Shown piece after piece: positions 37,781 to 47,914 of a stretch of DNA of 64,000 nucleotides (the first letter of the stretch is position 1; the number at the start of each line of letters is the position of its first letter). The DNA lies in assembly GCA_042219475.1 (NCBI GenBank), contig JBDGPX010000007.1, forward strand, positions 30,433-94,432, given 5' to 3'. The DNA comes from Halobacteriales archaeon (lineage in GTDB: Archaea > Halobacteriota > Halobacteria > Halobacteriales > Hikarchaeaceae). The translations under genes were made by a program, and so were the position numbers. The notes beneath the pieces are model-generated. The model was given only the letters and a program-made list of their open reading frames with translations, had not been told where the DNA came from and made no database searches.

Positions 37781-38891
37781 CGCTTTTGAGGCCGCTCCCG
37801 GTGAGCGGGACGACGACGTCGGCGTCGGTCGCGAGGATATCCCGATCCCGATACACCTCGAGCGCCGCCGGTGCGGCAGCACACGTCGGTTCCGTGTAAT
37901 ACCCGTTACTGTGGAGTCGATCGAGAGCGTCCTCGACGGCCGGTTCGCTGACTGCGATCGCATCACCGTCAGTCGTCTCGATCGCCGCGATGATCTGCTC
38001 CTGTCGGGCGGGTTCGCGAATCTGGATCCCGTCGGCGACATCGTTCGTACCCGCCGCCGCCTTTTCCCCGTGGAGGGCGGCGACGATCGGCGCGTAGCCC
38101 GCCGCTTGAGCACCGAGCATTCGGGGGAGTCGGTCGATCCAGCCCGCCTCTTTGAGCGCACGGAACCCACGGTAGGCACCCAAAAAGAGCGTCCCGTGAC
38201 CGAGCGGGCTGACGACGGCCTCCGGCGGTTCCCACTCCCGTTGGGCACACACCTCCATGGCGAAGGTACTCGTCCCGGCGAAGAAGGCCGGATTCCAGGC
38301 GTGACTGGCGTACCAGGTACCGCCGGTTTCGACCCGATCGATACAGGCGTCGGTGACGTCCTCCCGGGATCCTTCGATCCGGATCGGCTCGGCACCCGTC
38401 CGCTCGATCGCTCGAAGCTTTGCCTGTTTGACCCCTGCGGGGACGTAAATCTCGGCTGGAATATCGGCGACCGCGGCATACTGGGCGATGGCCGCCCCGG
38501 CGTTGCCCGAGGAGTCATCAACGATCCGGTCGACGCCCAACTGGGCAGCGCGTGAGAGTAGTGCTGTCGCCCCACGGTCCTTGAAGCTCCCCGAGGGGAA
38601 CACCCATTCCAGTTTGAACTGCGCAGTCCAGTCATCGGCGGAGACCAGCGGCGTAAAGCCCTCGCCAAGGGTCACCCGCGGCGAGATTGGGAGGAAGTCC
38701 GCAAACGCCCAGAGCCCACCCCGTGTATCGAGCGCTGTCGGATCGGGTGCGGGTCCGTCCGGGATGGGTGTCTCGATGAAGTCAAGCGGCCCGCCACAGG
38801 TACACCGCCAAGGTTCGTCCGGTCCACTGTCGTACTCGGTGCCACAGACGCTACAGCGGAGGCCCGTCATACCGCTTCGTTGGCCGGGCAT
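37776..38891 (-). CDS. thrC: threonine synthase (PLP, with N-terminal zinc ribbon)
   Basis: 371 aa. CSVCG...CTCGG N-terminus and PLP-lysine motif PSGSFKDRGA. Confidence 0.75.
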   Translation of the reverse strand: MPGQRSGMTGLRCSVCGTEYDSGPDEPWRCTCGGPLDFIETPIPDGPAPDPTALDTRGGLWAFADFLPISPRVTLGEGFTPLVSADDWTAQFKLEWVFPSGSFKDRGATALLSRAAQLGVDRIVDDSSGNAGAAIAQYAAVADIPAEIYVPAGVKQAKLRAIERTGAEPIRIEGSREDVTDACIDRVETGGTWYASHAWNPAFFAGTSTFAMEVCAQREWEPPEAVVSPLGHGTLFLGAYRGFRALKEAGWIDRLPRMLGAQAAGYAPIVAALHGEKAAAGTNDVADGIQIREPARQEQIIAAIETTDGDAIAVSEPAVEDALDRLHSNGYYTEPTCAAAPAALEVYRDRDILATDADVVVPLTGSGLKSE

Positions 38892-38901
38892 CGGGGTAGC
38901 T

Positions 38902-38925
38902 GTGTCGGTGTCAGTGTCAGTGTCA
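38902..38925. repeat. tandem hexanucleotide repeat (GTGTCR x4)
   Basis: GTGTCG GTGTCA GTGTCA GTGTCA in the 47-nt spacer between the AstE-family gene stop and the thrC start. Confidence 0.8.
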
Positions 38926-38938
38926 GTATTTCCTCGCT

Positions 38939-39895
38939 TCAGTACTCGTCGATATCGGTTGCGACCGAGCAGACGTACTCGCCGGTCGCGACTTGAGGGA
39001 GTCGTCGCGACCGCCAGAAGATCCCGCCTTCCTTGGCGGTGACTTCGGCTTTATTCCTGCCGAAGACATCGGTCACCTCGAAGAGTACGTCGCCGCGTTG
39101 GACGCGGTCACCGAGGTCGAACCGGTAGTTGATCAGCCCGCCTGTCGGGGAATTGTGACGTTCGAATCCCTTTGCTCGGGTTTGCGTGGCGGGCTCGACG
39201 TCACCGTCGAGAAAGTCGTAGTACTCCAGCACGTTCATCACCCCCTCGAGGCCGTACTGGATCGATTCCTCATCCCAGCCAACCGCCCCGCCGAGTTCCG
39301 GGTCGATCGTGGGAATGTCCTCATCCGGCGCAGCCCGTGCGAGCTGGCCGTCGGGGCCCTTTTGATCGAGTACGTAACCACAGTCGAACACCTTCGCGAG
39401 TTCGAGACAGTCGTCGTGGAGCCGGTGGTGTCGGCCACAGCGGACCCGTGTCTCGTTGACCATGCGGCTTGTCGAACCCTGGTGGAGGTCAAGAATGTAA
39501 TCCGCCCGGGCCGCCGCCTGGAAGGTCGCATGGGCGATCCGTTCGCTCGAAGTTCCGGACGGCTCGCCCGGGTAGGCTCGATTCATCTTCGTGTTGTCGA
39601 TCGGGTTGCGATGCTCGGCGATCTGGAAGGCGTGGTAGTTGACGATACCGACGATCAGGATCGTCCCGGCGAGTGTGTCGGGATCGAGGCGTGGGACGAG
39701 CCGTTGGACGACCCCGAGCCCGTTGAGTTCATCCCCGTCGCTGACGGCTTGGATGTACAGCGTCGGGCCGTCCTGTTTCCCCTCGATTACCGCCACCGGT
39801 AGTCCAAACGGGGACCCGTCCCGCGTCTCTCCGACATCCAGGCGACCGGTGTCGATCTCGCCCGGATCGGCGTTCGCCGTCCCGAGTGTCGTCAT
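38939..39895 (-). CDS. succinylglutamate desuccinylase/aspartoacylase family (M14-like) deacylase
   Basis: 318 aa from ATG 39895. The N-terminal region TLYIQAVSDGDELNG sits at the family zinc-site position, and the layout is family-typical. Confidence 0.7.
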   Translation of the reverse strand: MTTLGTANADPGEIDTGRLDVGETRDGSPFGLPVAVIEGKQDGPTLYIQAVSDGDELNGLGVVQRLVPRLDPDTLAGTILIVGIVNYHAFQIAEHRNPIDNTKMNRAYPGEPSGTSSERIAHATFQAAARADYILDLHQGSTSRMVNETRVRCGRHHRLHDDCLELAKVFDCGYVLDQKGPDGQLARAAPDEDIPTIDPELGGAVGWDEESIQYGLEGVMNVLEYYDFLDGDVEPATQTRAKGFERHNSPTGGLINYRFDLGDRVQRGDVLFEVTDVFGRNKAEVTAKEGGIFWRSRRLPQVATGEYVCSVATDIDEY

Positions 39896-40020
39896 TAATG
39901 CGAACCGACACATCCAGCGTATTGGGTCTATCGGGTTTCGTCTCCGTTTCCGCCACCACCGACGCTGCGTACAGGCGTTGGATCGATGCCACTTTGCCGG
40001 CACCACTCGTATCGAAACCC

Positions 40021-40299
40021 GTGGCCGACGATCCCTCGGAACAATCGCCAGCGGTCGAGCTGTTCCGGGAGTTCGGTCTGCCCCGGAACGCGAAGATCGG
40101 CTTTGCGCTCGGCATCGGGATCGCCGTGATGGTCTATATTTACCGGATCGTCGAACTCCTCGGTCCGGTTCCGGCTACCCGTGGTTCGCCCGTGTTGTTC
40201 GCGCTGCTTGCGTTCGTACTCGCTATCAGTCTCGGTTCGCTTTTCACGGTCGCACTGACGATCGGGACAGCGATCCGCCGCGTCCGTCGGCTTGACTGA
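40021..40299 (+). CDS. hypothetical small membrane protein
   Basis: Two hydrophobic helices (IGFALGIGIAVMVYIY, VLFALLAFVLAISLGSLFTVAL). GTG 40021 was chosen because ATG 39886 would overlap the neighbouring gene start. Uncertain. Confidence 0.35.
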   Translation: MADDPSEQSPAVELFREFGLPRNAKIGFALGIGIAVMVYIYRIVELLGPVPATRGSPVLFALLAFVLAISLGSLFTVALTIGTAIRRVRRLD

Positions 40300-40301
40300 C
40301 T

Positions 40302-41495
40302 TCACTCCGCGAGCGCTGCTAACCGCTCGGCGCCCGCCCGGGTTCCCTTCGCAATGAGTACGTCTCCGGCCTCTAGGCGGGTCTCCGGTCCCGGCGAGAT
40401 GACCCAACCGGCCCGTTCGGCACCCTCTCGGCGGATCGCGATCACCTGCATGCCGGTTTCGGTTTCGAGATCGAGTTCGCCCAGCGTGTCGCCGGCGAGT
40501 TCGCTCCCCTCACCGACCTGTTCGCGTACGAGGACTTCATCCGATTCCGAGACCGCCTCGACGACGACTGGATGTGTCCCGACCCCACGAAGCATCCCTT
40601 CCGCGATCTCTAAGGCAGCATCCGAGATGACCTCGGTCGCCGCCGCCAGATGCATCAGTCCACGGAGGGAGATCGGATCGTCGATCCGCTTGGCTGCCCG
40701 TAACGTCCAGGCCTCGAATCGGGATTCCAATGCGTCGACCTCGGCTTCGAGTTCGAGGACCTCCTCGGCGACGCTTTCGGAGTCGAACAGCACGGCACTA
40801 TAGGCGAGATCGACGGCTAATTCACTCATGTCCTTCATGAGGACGATCGAATCGACGGCCCGTTCCAGATCATCGAACTCGGGCGCTGTCTTCTCCGGTT
40901 GCGTGTAGGCTGTGCCGGTGGCATCCTTGTAGACCCGCGCGAGTTGTGCTTCCGAGCCGCGCAGTAACGCGATATCACCGGCTTGCAGTCGCGTTTCACG
41001 GTCGGGATTCAGTAACCAGTTACCACTCCGCCGAATGGCGATCACCCGAACACCGGTTTCGGTTTCGAGGTTGAGTTCACCCAGTGTCGCTGTCGTTAAT
41101 GGCGACTCGTCAGCGATTTCGGCCCGTCCAACCATCTCTATTGCCTCGGGGAGAACCGTTCGGAGTTCGTCGGGGAGACCGATCTCTTCGAGGACGATCT
41201 TGGCAATGTCGCCGGCGGCGTCGCTGATCTTCTCCGCTGCACCAACCACTCCGAGCACCGGTGCGAGCGATTCGGCGTCCTCGGGATTCCGTGCCGCCAT
41301 CAGCAGACTCATGCGGGCTTGCATCTGGAGAACGTCCATCCGTTCCTCGAGATCGAGAACCTCCATGGCGATATCGTCGGCTCCGTACAACACCGCCGAG
41401 TAGGCGAGATCGATCAACAGCTCGGCGGTATCTTTCATCTCGGCAAGTACCGTTTTGACGCTCACCGGCTCGTATTCGACCTCATCGCCGGCCAT
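40302..41495 (-). CDS. tandem PhoU-like / TrkA-C (RCK_C) domain regulatory protein
   Basis: 397 aa made of two repeats, each a helical PhoU-like segment followed by a TrkA-C-like segment (LGELNLETETGVRVIAIRR / LGELDLETETGMQVIAIRR). Confidence 0.7.
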   Translation of the reverse strand: MAGDEVEYEPVSVKTVLAEMKDTAELLIDLAYSAVLYGADDIAMEVLDLEERMDVLQMQARMSLLMAARNPEDAESLAPVLGVVGAAEKISDAAGDIAKIVLEEIGLPDELRTVLPEAIEMVGRAEIADESPLTTATLGELNLETETGVRVIAIRRSGNWLLNPDRETRLQAGDIALLRGSEAQLARVYKDATGTAYTQPEKTAPEFDDLERAVDSIVLMKDMSELAVDLAYSAVLFDSESVAEEVLELEAEVDALESRFEAWTLRAAKRIDDPISLRGLMHLAAATEVISDAALEIAEGMLRGVGTHPVVVEAVSESDEVLVREQVGEGSELAGDTLGELDLETETGMQVIAIRREGAERAGWVISPGPETRLEAGDVLIAKGTRAGAERLAALAE

Positions 41496-41704
41496 GCACT
41501 CACTTCCGCGTATCGATTCAAAGGGTTGTCGCTGCTCTCGGCGGACGGACGACGATCGTCGAATCGTCGATCGTCAGGCGTCTATCTCGGGGCGAAATCA
41601 GTCACACATTCTCCGAATCCGACGGCAAGCGGCCCGATCGACGTTTGTCGAGAATTCCGACCTAAAGACAACCCTTTTGCGGAGCGATTGTCAACTCTCC
41701 GCAC

Positions 41705-42859
41705 ATGGCAGAGTCTGAGCTCAAAAAAGGTCTCGAGGGGGTACTGGTCGCCGAATCCTCGCTGAGTTCGATCGATGGCGAGAACGGCCGCCTAACGTAT
41801 CGCGGCTATGCGATCGAGGATCTCGCCGAGCATGCGTCCTACGAAGAAGTTCTCTATCTGTTGTGGCACGGTGAGCTCCCGACGCGAGCGGAACTCACGG
41901 CGTTTACCGATAACCTCCGTGAGGACCGGCTGGTCGATGACCGACTCTTGGAAGTCGTCCGAACTATGGCCGCACTCGATGCCGAGCCGATGGCGGCACT
42001 TCGGACGGCGGTATCGATGCTGTCGGCGGTCGATCCAGACGACGGCGCCGATCCGGAGGATCTCGATACTGCGGCCCGTAAGGGACGCCGCATTATCGCG
42101 AAGACACCGACACTATTGGCGGCCTTCGAGCGGGTCCGACAGGGGAAAGAGGTCATTGAGCCGGATCCGGATCTGGGCTACGCGGCCAATTTCCTGTATA
42201 TGCTCACCGGCATTGAGCCCGACGCGGTTGCTGCCGAGACGTTCGATATGGCGCTGACACTCCACGCCGATCATGGCCTCAACGCCTCGACGTTCACCGC
42301 GATGGTCATCGCCAGTACGCTGGCGGATATGTACGCCGCGGTGACCGGCGGTATCAGCGCGCTCGCGGGGCCGCTCCACGGCGGGGCAAACCAAGATGTC
42401 ATGGAGGTTCTCCTCGAAATCGACGACAGCGAGATGGACCCCCGCGAGTGGGTCGAAACAGCCATCGACAACGACCGGCGGATCCCCGGTTGGGGTCACC
42501 GCGTCTACAAGGTGAAAGACCCACGCGCGAAAATCCTCGAACGGAAGAGCAAGGAGCTCAGCGAGAGTTCCGGTGAGCGTAAGTGGTATGAGTATACCAA
42601 GACTATTGAGGACTATCTCACCGAGGAGGTAGATCTGCCCGACCAAGGGATCGCACCGAACGTCGATTTCTACTCCGGATCGGTCTACTATCAGCTCGGA
42701 ATCCCCATCGATATGTACACCCCTATTTTCGCGATGAGCCGTGTTGGCGGCTGGGCCGCTCACGTCCTCGAATATCAGGAGGACAATCGGCTGATCCGTC
42801 CCCGCGGTCGATACATCGGCCCCGAGTCCCAGGAGTGGGTCCCGATCGACGAACGGTAG
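41705..42859 (+). CDS. citZ: citrate synthase
   Basis: 384 aa. GPLHGGANQDV, GWGHRVYK and the family C-terminal region. Confidence 0.9.
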   Translation: MAESELKKGLEGVLVAESSLSSIDGENGRLTYRGYAIEDLAEHASYEEVLYLLWHGELPTRAELTAFTDNLREDRLVDDRLLEVVRTMAALDAEPMAALRTAVSMLSAVDPDDGADPEDLDTAARKGRRIIAKTPTLLAAFERVRQGKEVIEPDPDLGYAANFLYMLTGIEPDAVAAETFDMALTLHADHGLNASTFTAMVIASTLADMYAAVTGGISALAGPLHGGANQDVMEVLLEIDDSEMDPREWVETAIDNDRRIPGWGHRVYKVKDPRAKILERKSKELSESSGERKWYEYTKTIEDYLTEEVDLPDQGIAPNVDFYSGSVYYQLGIPIDMYTPIFAMSRVGGWAAHVLEYQEDNRLIRPRGRYIGPESQEWVPIDER

Positions 42860-42897
42860 TCCCCGTCCTATCGTTTTCTGGCCTTTCAGACAGTCGG

Positions 42898-44322
42898 TTA
42901 TTCATCGGCCACGATGCCGCCCTCTTCATCGCTGCCGCGTTCGGCCATCATCTGTTCGGCACGTTCCGCCCAACTGCCGCGATGGAAGCCGAGTCCAACG
43001 ATGGCGGCGTTCCAGGCATAAAAGAGGAAGATCCCGGCGTACACACCGAGGACACCGTAACCGAGCCAGACACCGCTCAGGTAGCTAAAGCCGAGCATGA
43101 ACCCGAACATACCGGTGGTCCGGGCGATAAACGGGATCCGGGTCTCGCTGCCGCCACGGAGCGCGCCCGCGAGCACGAGCCCGATCACCGTGAGGGGTGC
43201 GGCGAGCCCGTAAGCCCGAGCGAAATCCGCCGCGTACCCGACCGTTTCGACGTCACGGGTAAACAGTCGGACGAATTGTTCGGCACCGAGCACCAGCCCG
43301 AGGCCGATCGTACCGACGGTGACGAGCCCCAATGCTGCCGTCGCCCAGCCGTTGAATCGGGCAGTATCCGGATCGCCTTCGCCCAGTGCTTGGCCGACGA
43401 CGATGCTTGCAGCGGTGTTATATCCACGAGACAGCGGCGCTGTCACCTGCTGATACATTCGTCGGCCGATCTGATAGGCGGCGTTGACCTCCGTGCCGAA
43501 TCCCAGCAGGATCGAATTGAACGGGAACTCCGCGATCGTCGCCGCGAGACCTTCCCCGATCCGCGGGATCGACACCACGAGCACCTGTTTGATGATCGTC
43601 CGGTCGACCGTCCAGGCGAACGAAGCGGCCGTCCACGGGCTAGCGATCGCCCCCAGGAGCATGATGGCGGTAAAGACGTTGCCCACGGCTGTCGCGAGCC
43701 CGACACCGACGATCCCGAGCCGTGGCAACGGGCCGATTCCCAGCCCGAGTCCGACGGTGCCGATGATGTTGATGCTGTTGGAGACGACGTTGATGTACAT
43801 CGGCGTCCGCGTATCGCCGGTGCCCTGGAGCGCCCGGGCACCGATGAGTGCGGTGTGGCGCGCCGGTCCCGTCGCAAAGATGATTGCCAGATACGTACCA
43901 CCCATTCGGGCGACATTCGGCGATGCGCCGAGGATCGCGATCGCCGCCTGACCGAAAACGACGCCGAAGATCATGAACGGGATCCCAGCGAGGATACCGA
44001 GTGCGATCGATTGAGTGATCGCGACATCCCGGTTGGTTGTGGCGCCGCTGCCAGTATCCTGGCTCGAAAGCGCGATGGCACCGCTGCCGAGCCCGAGGCC
44101 GATCCGTAGCGGTAACCGGGCATAGAGATCCGCGAGCCCGACCGCCGCCACCGCCGCCGGGGAGAACAGCCCCGTGACGATCACGTCCGTCGTCCGCATC
44201 CCGGTCCGGAGGACGTGTTCGGCCATGATCGGCCAAGACAGCGAGAGCACCCGCTTCCAAACCGCCAACACCCGCTTATGGGCTCGGCTGATCACTGTCG
44301 GTGGGTTGCTAATCATTCTCAA
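42898..44322 (-). CDS. MATE family efflux transporter
   Basis: 474 aa, 12-TM-like. N-terminus SLSWPIMAEHVLRTGMRTTDVIVTG is typical of MATE. Confidence 0.85.
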   Translation of the reverse strand: MRMISNPPTVISRAHKRVLAVWKRVLSLSWPIMAEHVLRTGMRTTDVIVTGLFSPAAVAAVGLADLYARLPLRIGLGLGSGAIALSSQDTGSGATTNRDVAITQSIALGILAGIPFMIFGVVFGQAAIAILGASPNVARMGGTYLAIIFATGPARHTALIGARALQGTGDTRTPMYINVVSNSINIIGTVGLGLGIGPLPRLGIVGVGLATAVGNVFTAIMLLGAIASPWTAASFAWTVDRTIIKQVLVVSIPRIGEGLAATIAEFPFNSILLGFGTEVNAAYQIGRRMYQQVTAPLSRGYNTAASIVVGQALGEGDPDTARFNGWATAALGLVTVGTIGLGLVLGAEQFVRLFTRDVETVGYAADFARAYGLAAPLTVIGLVLAGALRGGSETRIPFIARTTGMFGFMLGFSYLSGVWLGYGVLGVYAGIFLFYAWNAAIVGLGFHRGSWAERAEQMMAERGSDEEGGIVADE

Positions 44323-44425
44323 TTAATCTATCCACACTTCGACAGCCGTCCGCTGGAGCTCACCGTGTTGCCCGTCGGGGACTCGTCACCGGAACGTGAA
44401 AGACGGTGTTCGGCGTGACATCGCT

Positions 44426-44854
44426 ATGGCCCCGACGACGGCTGTCGACCGGTACTCCGTCTTCGTCTATGGGACTCTTGCCGATCCGGATCGCGTCGAG
44501 GCGGTCCTTACGGACTTTGTGTTCCGGGGACGGGCCGTCCTCGATGGACTCCATCGCGTCGAGGGGCGATATCCGACGTTGGCCCCCGGAGGGACGGTCG
44601 AGGGACGGCTTCTCGAAACCACAACGATCGAGCCTCTCGATGAATACGAGGGCGTTCACGCCGGGCTTTACGTTCGGGTCACGGTATCGGTAGCGACTGG
44701 CTGGGATGACATCGATACCGCCGAGGTGTATATCGGCGATCCCGCGTTGTTGGACGCGCCCGCGACGTGGCCAGGGGACGACCAGTTCGCCGGGCGGGTC
44801 CGCCAGTACGTGGCTGCCAACGATGTCCGACTTCGACGCCGTGACCGGTGCTGA
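44426..44854 (+). CDS. gamma-glutamylcyclotransferase (AIG2/GGACT-like) family protein
   Basis: VFVYGTLADP motif near the N-terminus. ATG 44426 preferred. Confidence 0.7.
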   Translation: MAPTTAVDRYSVFVYGTLADPDRVEAVLTDFVFRGRAVLDGLHRVEGRYPTLAPGGTVEGRLLETTTIEPLDEYEGVHAGLYVRVTVSVATGWDDIDTAEVYIGDPALLDAPATWPGDDQFAGRVRQYVAANDVRLRRRDRC

Positions 44855-44929
44855 TCTCGTGTTGTCAGTGTCCGAACGCAGTCACTGGGAGAATTAACCG
44901 TTAACCGCACCGACCGCGAACCCCGGACC

Positions 44930-46147
44930 ATGGCCGTTATTGATCTGGATGATGTCACGGCGGCGGCCGATCGGATCGCCGAGGTGATCCGACATACGCC
45001 GCTTGAGTACTCACATACGTTCTCGGCGATGACCGGCGCCGAGGTCCATCTCAAACTCGAGAACAAACAGCGCACCGGCGCGTTCAAGATCCGCGGAGCG
45101 ACCAATCGGATCGCCACCATGGCAGCGGACGAACAGGAAGCCGGCGTCGTGACTGCCTCGGCGGGCAACCACGCCCAAGGGGTTGCCCTGGCGGCGACCA
45201 GAAACGGCGTCGATTCCGTCATCGTCATGCCAGAGCACGCCCCGGTCTCGAAGATCAAGGCGACCCGGAACTATGGGGCCGAGGTCCTTCTCCACGGCGA
45301 GGATTACGATGAGGCAGCCGAGCGTGCTCACGAGATCGAACGGGAAGAGGATCGGACGTACCTCCACGCGTTCAATGACGAATACGTGATGGCGGGCCAG
45401 GGAACGATCGGGCTTGAGATCGTCAACGATGTCCCGGATGTCGACACCGTCGTCGTTCCGATTGGCGGGGGTGGCCTGATCAGCGGGATCGCCACGGCGG
45501 TCAAGGGACGAAAGTCCGACACGCGGGTGATCGGTGTCCAACCCGAGGGGGCCGCTAGTGCGGCCAAATCCGTCCAACGGGGTGAGATCACCGCTGTCGA
45601 CACGCTTGAGACGATCGCCGACGGCCTGGCGACTCACCGGATCGGCGAGAAACCCTTCGCCGTGATCCAAGACCGTGTCGATGAGGTCGTCACCGTCTCC
45701 GATTCGGAGATCGCCGTCGCGGTGATGTATGCTCTCGAACGGAGCAAAACGCTCCTCGAGGGCGCTGGAGCGGTGTCGCTGGCGGCGGTTCTCGGCGAGG
45801 CGTTCGAGTACGAGGCCAATGAGGTGATCGTCCCCGCCCTCTGTGGCGGAAACATCGACATGAATATGCTGACGACCGTGATCATGCGGGGGTTAGTCGA
45901 GACGGGCCGGTATCTCAAATTCCGGACCGTTCTCAAGGACCGCCCGGGTGCGCTCGAAGACCTGACGCGACTGCTGAGTGCCAACAAGGCGAACATATAC
46001 GCGATCAAACACGATCGGACGTCCCGGGATATCGCGATGAACGACGCCGAGGTCGAAATCGAACTCGAAACTCACGACGAGGCCCACGTCGAGGAGCTAT
46101 TGGAAGTCCTTCGCTCGAACGGCTATGAGGTCGACGTGTTGATGTAG
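44930..46147 (+). CDS. ilvA: threonine ammonia-lyase (threonine dehydratase) with one C-terminal ACT-like domain, paralog 1
   Basis: PLP-lysine motif TGAFKIRGA, SAGNHAQGVALAA, and a C-terminal ACT-like segment DRPGALEDLTRLL. Confidence 0.85.
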   Translation: MAVIDLDDVTAAADRIAEVIRHTPLEYSHTFSAMTGAEVHLKLENKQRTGAFKIRGATNRIATMAADEQEAGVVTASAGNHAQGVALAATRNGVDSVIVMPEHAPVSKIKATRNYGAEVLLHGEDYDEAAERAHEIEREEDRTYLHAFNDEYVMAGQGTIGLEIVNDVPDVDTVVVPIGGGGLISGIATAVKGRKSDTRVIGVQPEGAASAAKSVQRGEITAVDTLETIADGLATHRIGEKPFAVIQDRVDEVVTVSDSEIAVAVMYALERSKTLLEGAGAVSLAAVLGEAFEYEANEVIVPALCGGNIDMNMLTTVIMRGLVETGRYLKFRTVLKDRPGALEDLTRLLSANKANIYAIKHDRTSRDIAMNDAEVEIELETHDEAHVEELLEVLRSNGYEVDVLM

Positions 46148-46207
46148 TCACAGACGTTGGGTTACTGGTTCGACCGATCGTCCGGCGACGATGGCCGAAG
46201 GCAGGTC

Positions 46208-46214
46208 TTTTAAG
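46208..46214 (+). promoter_or_regulatory. TATA-like box upstream of ridA
   Basis: TTTTAAG about 30 nt upstream of ATG 46244, consistent with a leaderless or near-leaderless haloarchaeal promoter. Confidence 0.4.
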
Positions 46215-46243
46215 ACAATACTGGCCGATGGTGATGCTGTCTC

Positions 46244-46624
46244 ATGAAACGGATCATCAGCACCCAGGACGCCCCCGAAGCCGTCGGCGCCTACAGCCAG
46301 GCGACGACGAACGGAGACATCGTTTTCACCGCCGGCCAGATCCCGATGACACCCGATGGCGAGATGCTCGATGACGAATCGATCGATGTCCAGACCAGAC
46401 AGTCCCTCGAGAACATCAAGGGCATTCTCGAAGAGGAGGGATTGACGATGCAAGACGTCCTGAAGGTGACGGTCTTCATGGACGATATCGACGATTTCGA
46501 GACGATGAACGACGCCTACAAGGAGTACTTCCAGGACAACCCGCCGGCCCGGAGCGCCGTCGAGGTGGCGAACCTTCCACGAGGCGTCGGCGTCGAGATC
46601 GAAGCGATCGCAGCCCAAAAATAG
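46244..46624 (+). CDS. ridA: RidA family reactive enamine/imine deaminase
   Basis: 126 aa. AVGAYSQA and PARSAVEVA..LPRGVGVEIEAIA motifs. Confidence 0.9.
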   Translation: MKRIISTQDAPEAVGAYSQATTNGDIVFTAGQIPMTPDGEMLDDESIDVQTRQSLENIKGILEEEGLTMQDVLKVTVFMDDIDDFETMNDAYKEYFQDNPPARSAVEVANLPRGVGVEIEAIAAQK

Positions 46625-46628
46625 AGCC

Positions 46629-46826
46629 GTGGACCGCCGGACAAGTCTGCTCTGGGGCCTTGTCGGCGGGCTCTCCTTTCTGGTGTTAGTCCAAGCCTAC
46701 GAATTACTCGTGGCGGTGCGCATCGGATTTCCGATCAAGTTCGGCGTGGCGGCCATCGTCGTAGTCGGCGCAGCCGTTCTCTCTCACGTTCTCGGCCCGC
46801 GAATCACGACGATTGAACAGTCTTAA
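46629..46826 (+). CDS. hypothetical small membrane protein
   Basis: 65 aa, GTG start 4 nt after the ridA stop, two hydrophobic helices. Confidence 0.4.
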   Translation: MDRRTSLLWGLVGGLSFLVLVQAYELLVAVRIGFPIKFGVAAIVVVGAAVLSHVLGPRITTIEQS

Positions 46827-46856
46827 GCCCCTCAGTCGGGTACGATCCAGACACGA

Positions 46857-46938
46857 GCCAGGATGGCCGAACGGTAAGGCGCACGCTTGGAGAGCGTGTT
46901 CCCGTAAGGGATTCTGGGTTCAAATCCCAGTCCTGGCG
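46857..46938 (+). tRNA. tRNA-Ser (anticodon GGA)
   Basis: Hand-folded cloverleaf: acceptor GCCAGGA/TCCTGGC, anticodon stem CACGC/GCGTG with loop TTGGAGA, long variable arm TTCCCGTAAGGGATT, T arm CTGGG-TTCAAAT-CCCAG, discriminator G. No encoded CCA. Followed by a pyrimidine-rich tract. Confidence 0.9.
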
Positions 46939-47013
46939 TGTCTTTCCCTTCTTCTGTCATGTTTCACCGATACCGTCGACTCGGATGTTCGTGACGATTG
47001 ACAAGGTGTATTA

Positions 47014-47820
47014 ATGACTGGAGCGGGCGTTGTTGTATCCACCATGACCGGTATGATCCATAGCGACCGACGGGACGGTATCTGTACGATCACGATCGAA
47101 AACGAGGGCAAGCGTAACGCGCTCGATTACTCGATGGCGGGAGATATCGCCGATATTCTCGCCGACCTCGAGGCTGACGAGGAGGACCACGTCGTCATTC
47201 TCACCGGCGCCGGCGAGAAGGCGTTCAGCGCCGGATTCGATCTCTCGATCGATCGCACCGACCAGTCCAGCGATGATTCTTCGGAGTGGGAACGAATGAT
47301 CACCAACCTCTCCGAATACGAGTTCCCGACGATCGGCCGGATCAACGGCGTCACTTACGGCGGCGCCGTCGAGATCGCGGCCGCCTGTGATCTCCGTGTG
47401 GGCGTTCGGGGTGTGACCTTCGGCATCACTCCCGCGAAGATCGGACTTGTCTACGAGGGTGACGCGATCAATCGCGTGATGAGCCTGATCGGTCCCGCGA
47501 AGACCAAGGAGATGCTCTTTACGGGCGAGCCGATTGACGCTGAACACGCCTACGAGATCGGTCTGTTGAACTACGTCGTCGATCGGGACACACTGGACGA
47601 CCGGGTCAACGAATTAGCCGAAACCATGGCGTCGAACGCACCGCTGTCGCTGAAGTACATGAAGGAGATCGTCGACGCTCTGCTGGAGAAAGACCGACTC
47701 ACCGACGCCGAGCGCAAGTGGATCGCTCGACTTCGAGAGGAATCGTTCGCGAGCGAGGACCACGCCGAAGGTGTCGAGGCGTTCCGGAAGGACCGCGAAC
47801 CGGAGTTCAAGGGTCGGTGA
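47014..47820 (+). CDS. enoyl-CoA hydratase/isomerase (crotonase) family protein
   Basis: GAGEKAFSAGFDL and GGAVEIAAACDLRV motifs. The true start may be an internal ATG (47044 or 47053). Confidence 0.85.
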   Translation: MTGAGVVVSTMTGMIHSDRRDGICTITIENEGKRNALDYSMAGDIADILADLEADEEDHVVILTGAGEKAFSAGFDLSIDRTDQSSDDSSEWERMITNLSEYEFPTIGRINGVTYGGAVEIAAACDLRVGVRGVTFGITPAKIGLVYEGDAINRVMSLIGPAKTKEMLFTGEPIDAEHAYEIGLLNYVVDRDTLDDRVNELAETMASNAPLSLKYMKEIVDALLEKDRLTDAERKWIARLREESFASEDHAEGVEAFRKDREPEFKGR

Positions 47821-47914
47821 ACCCTCGGGCTTGACTCAACGGCGGACGGCCGGCTCTGCCTGTGGAGCCACCGTCAGCGTCCGCACCGACGGGAACGACA
47901 CGACGGCTACTCGA

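Noticed and set aside
38902-38925. Tandem repeat considered as a possible CRISPR-like array
   Set aside because: The units are 6 nt with no spacers, and no cas genes lie nearby. It is a microsatellite, not a CRISPR.
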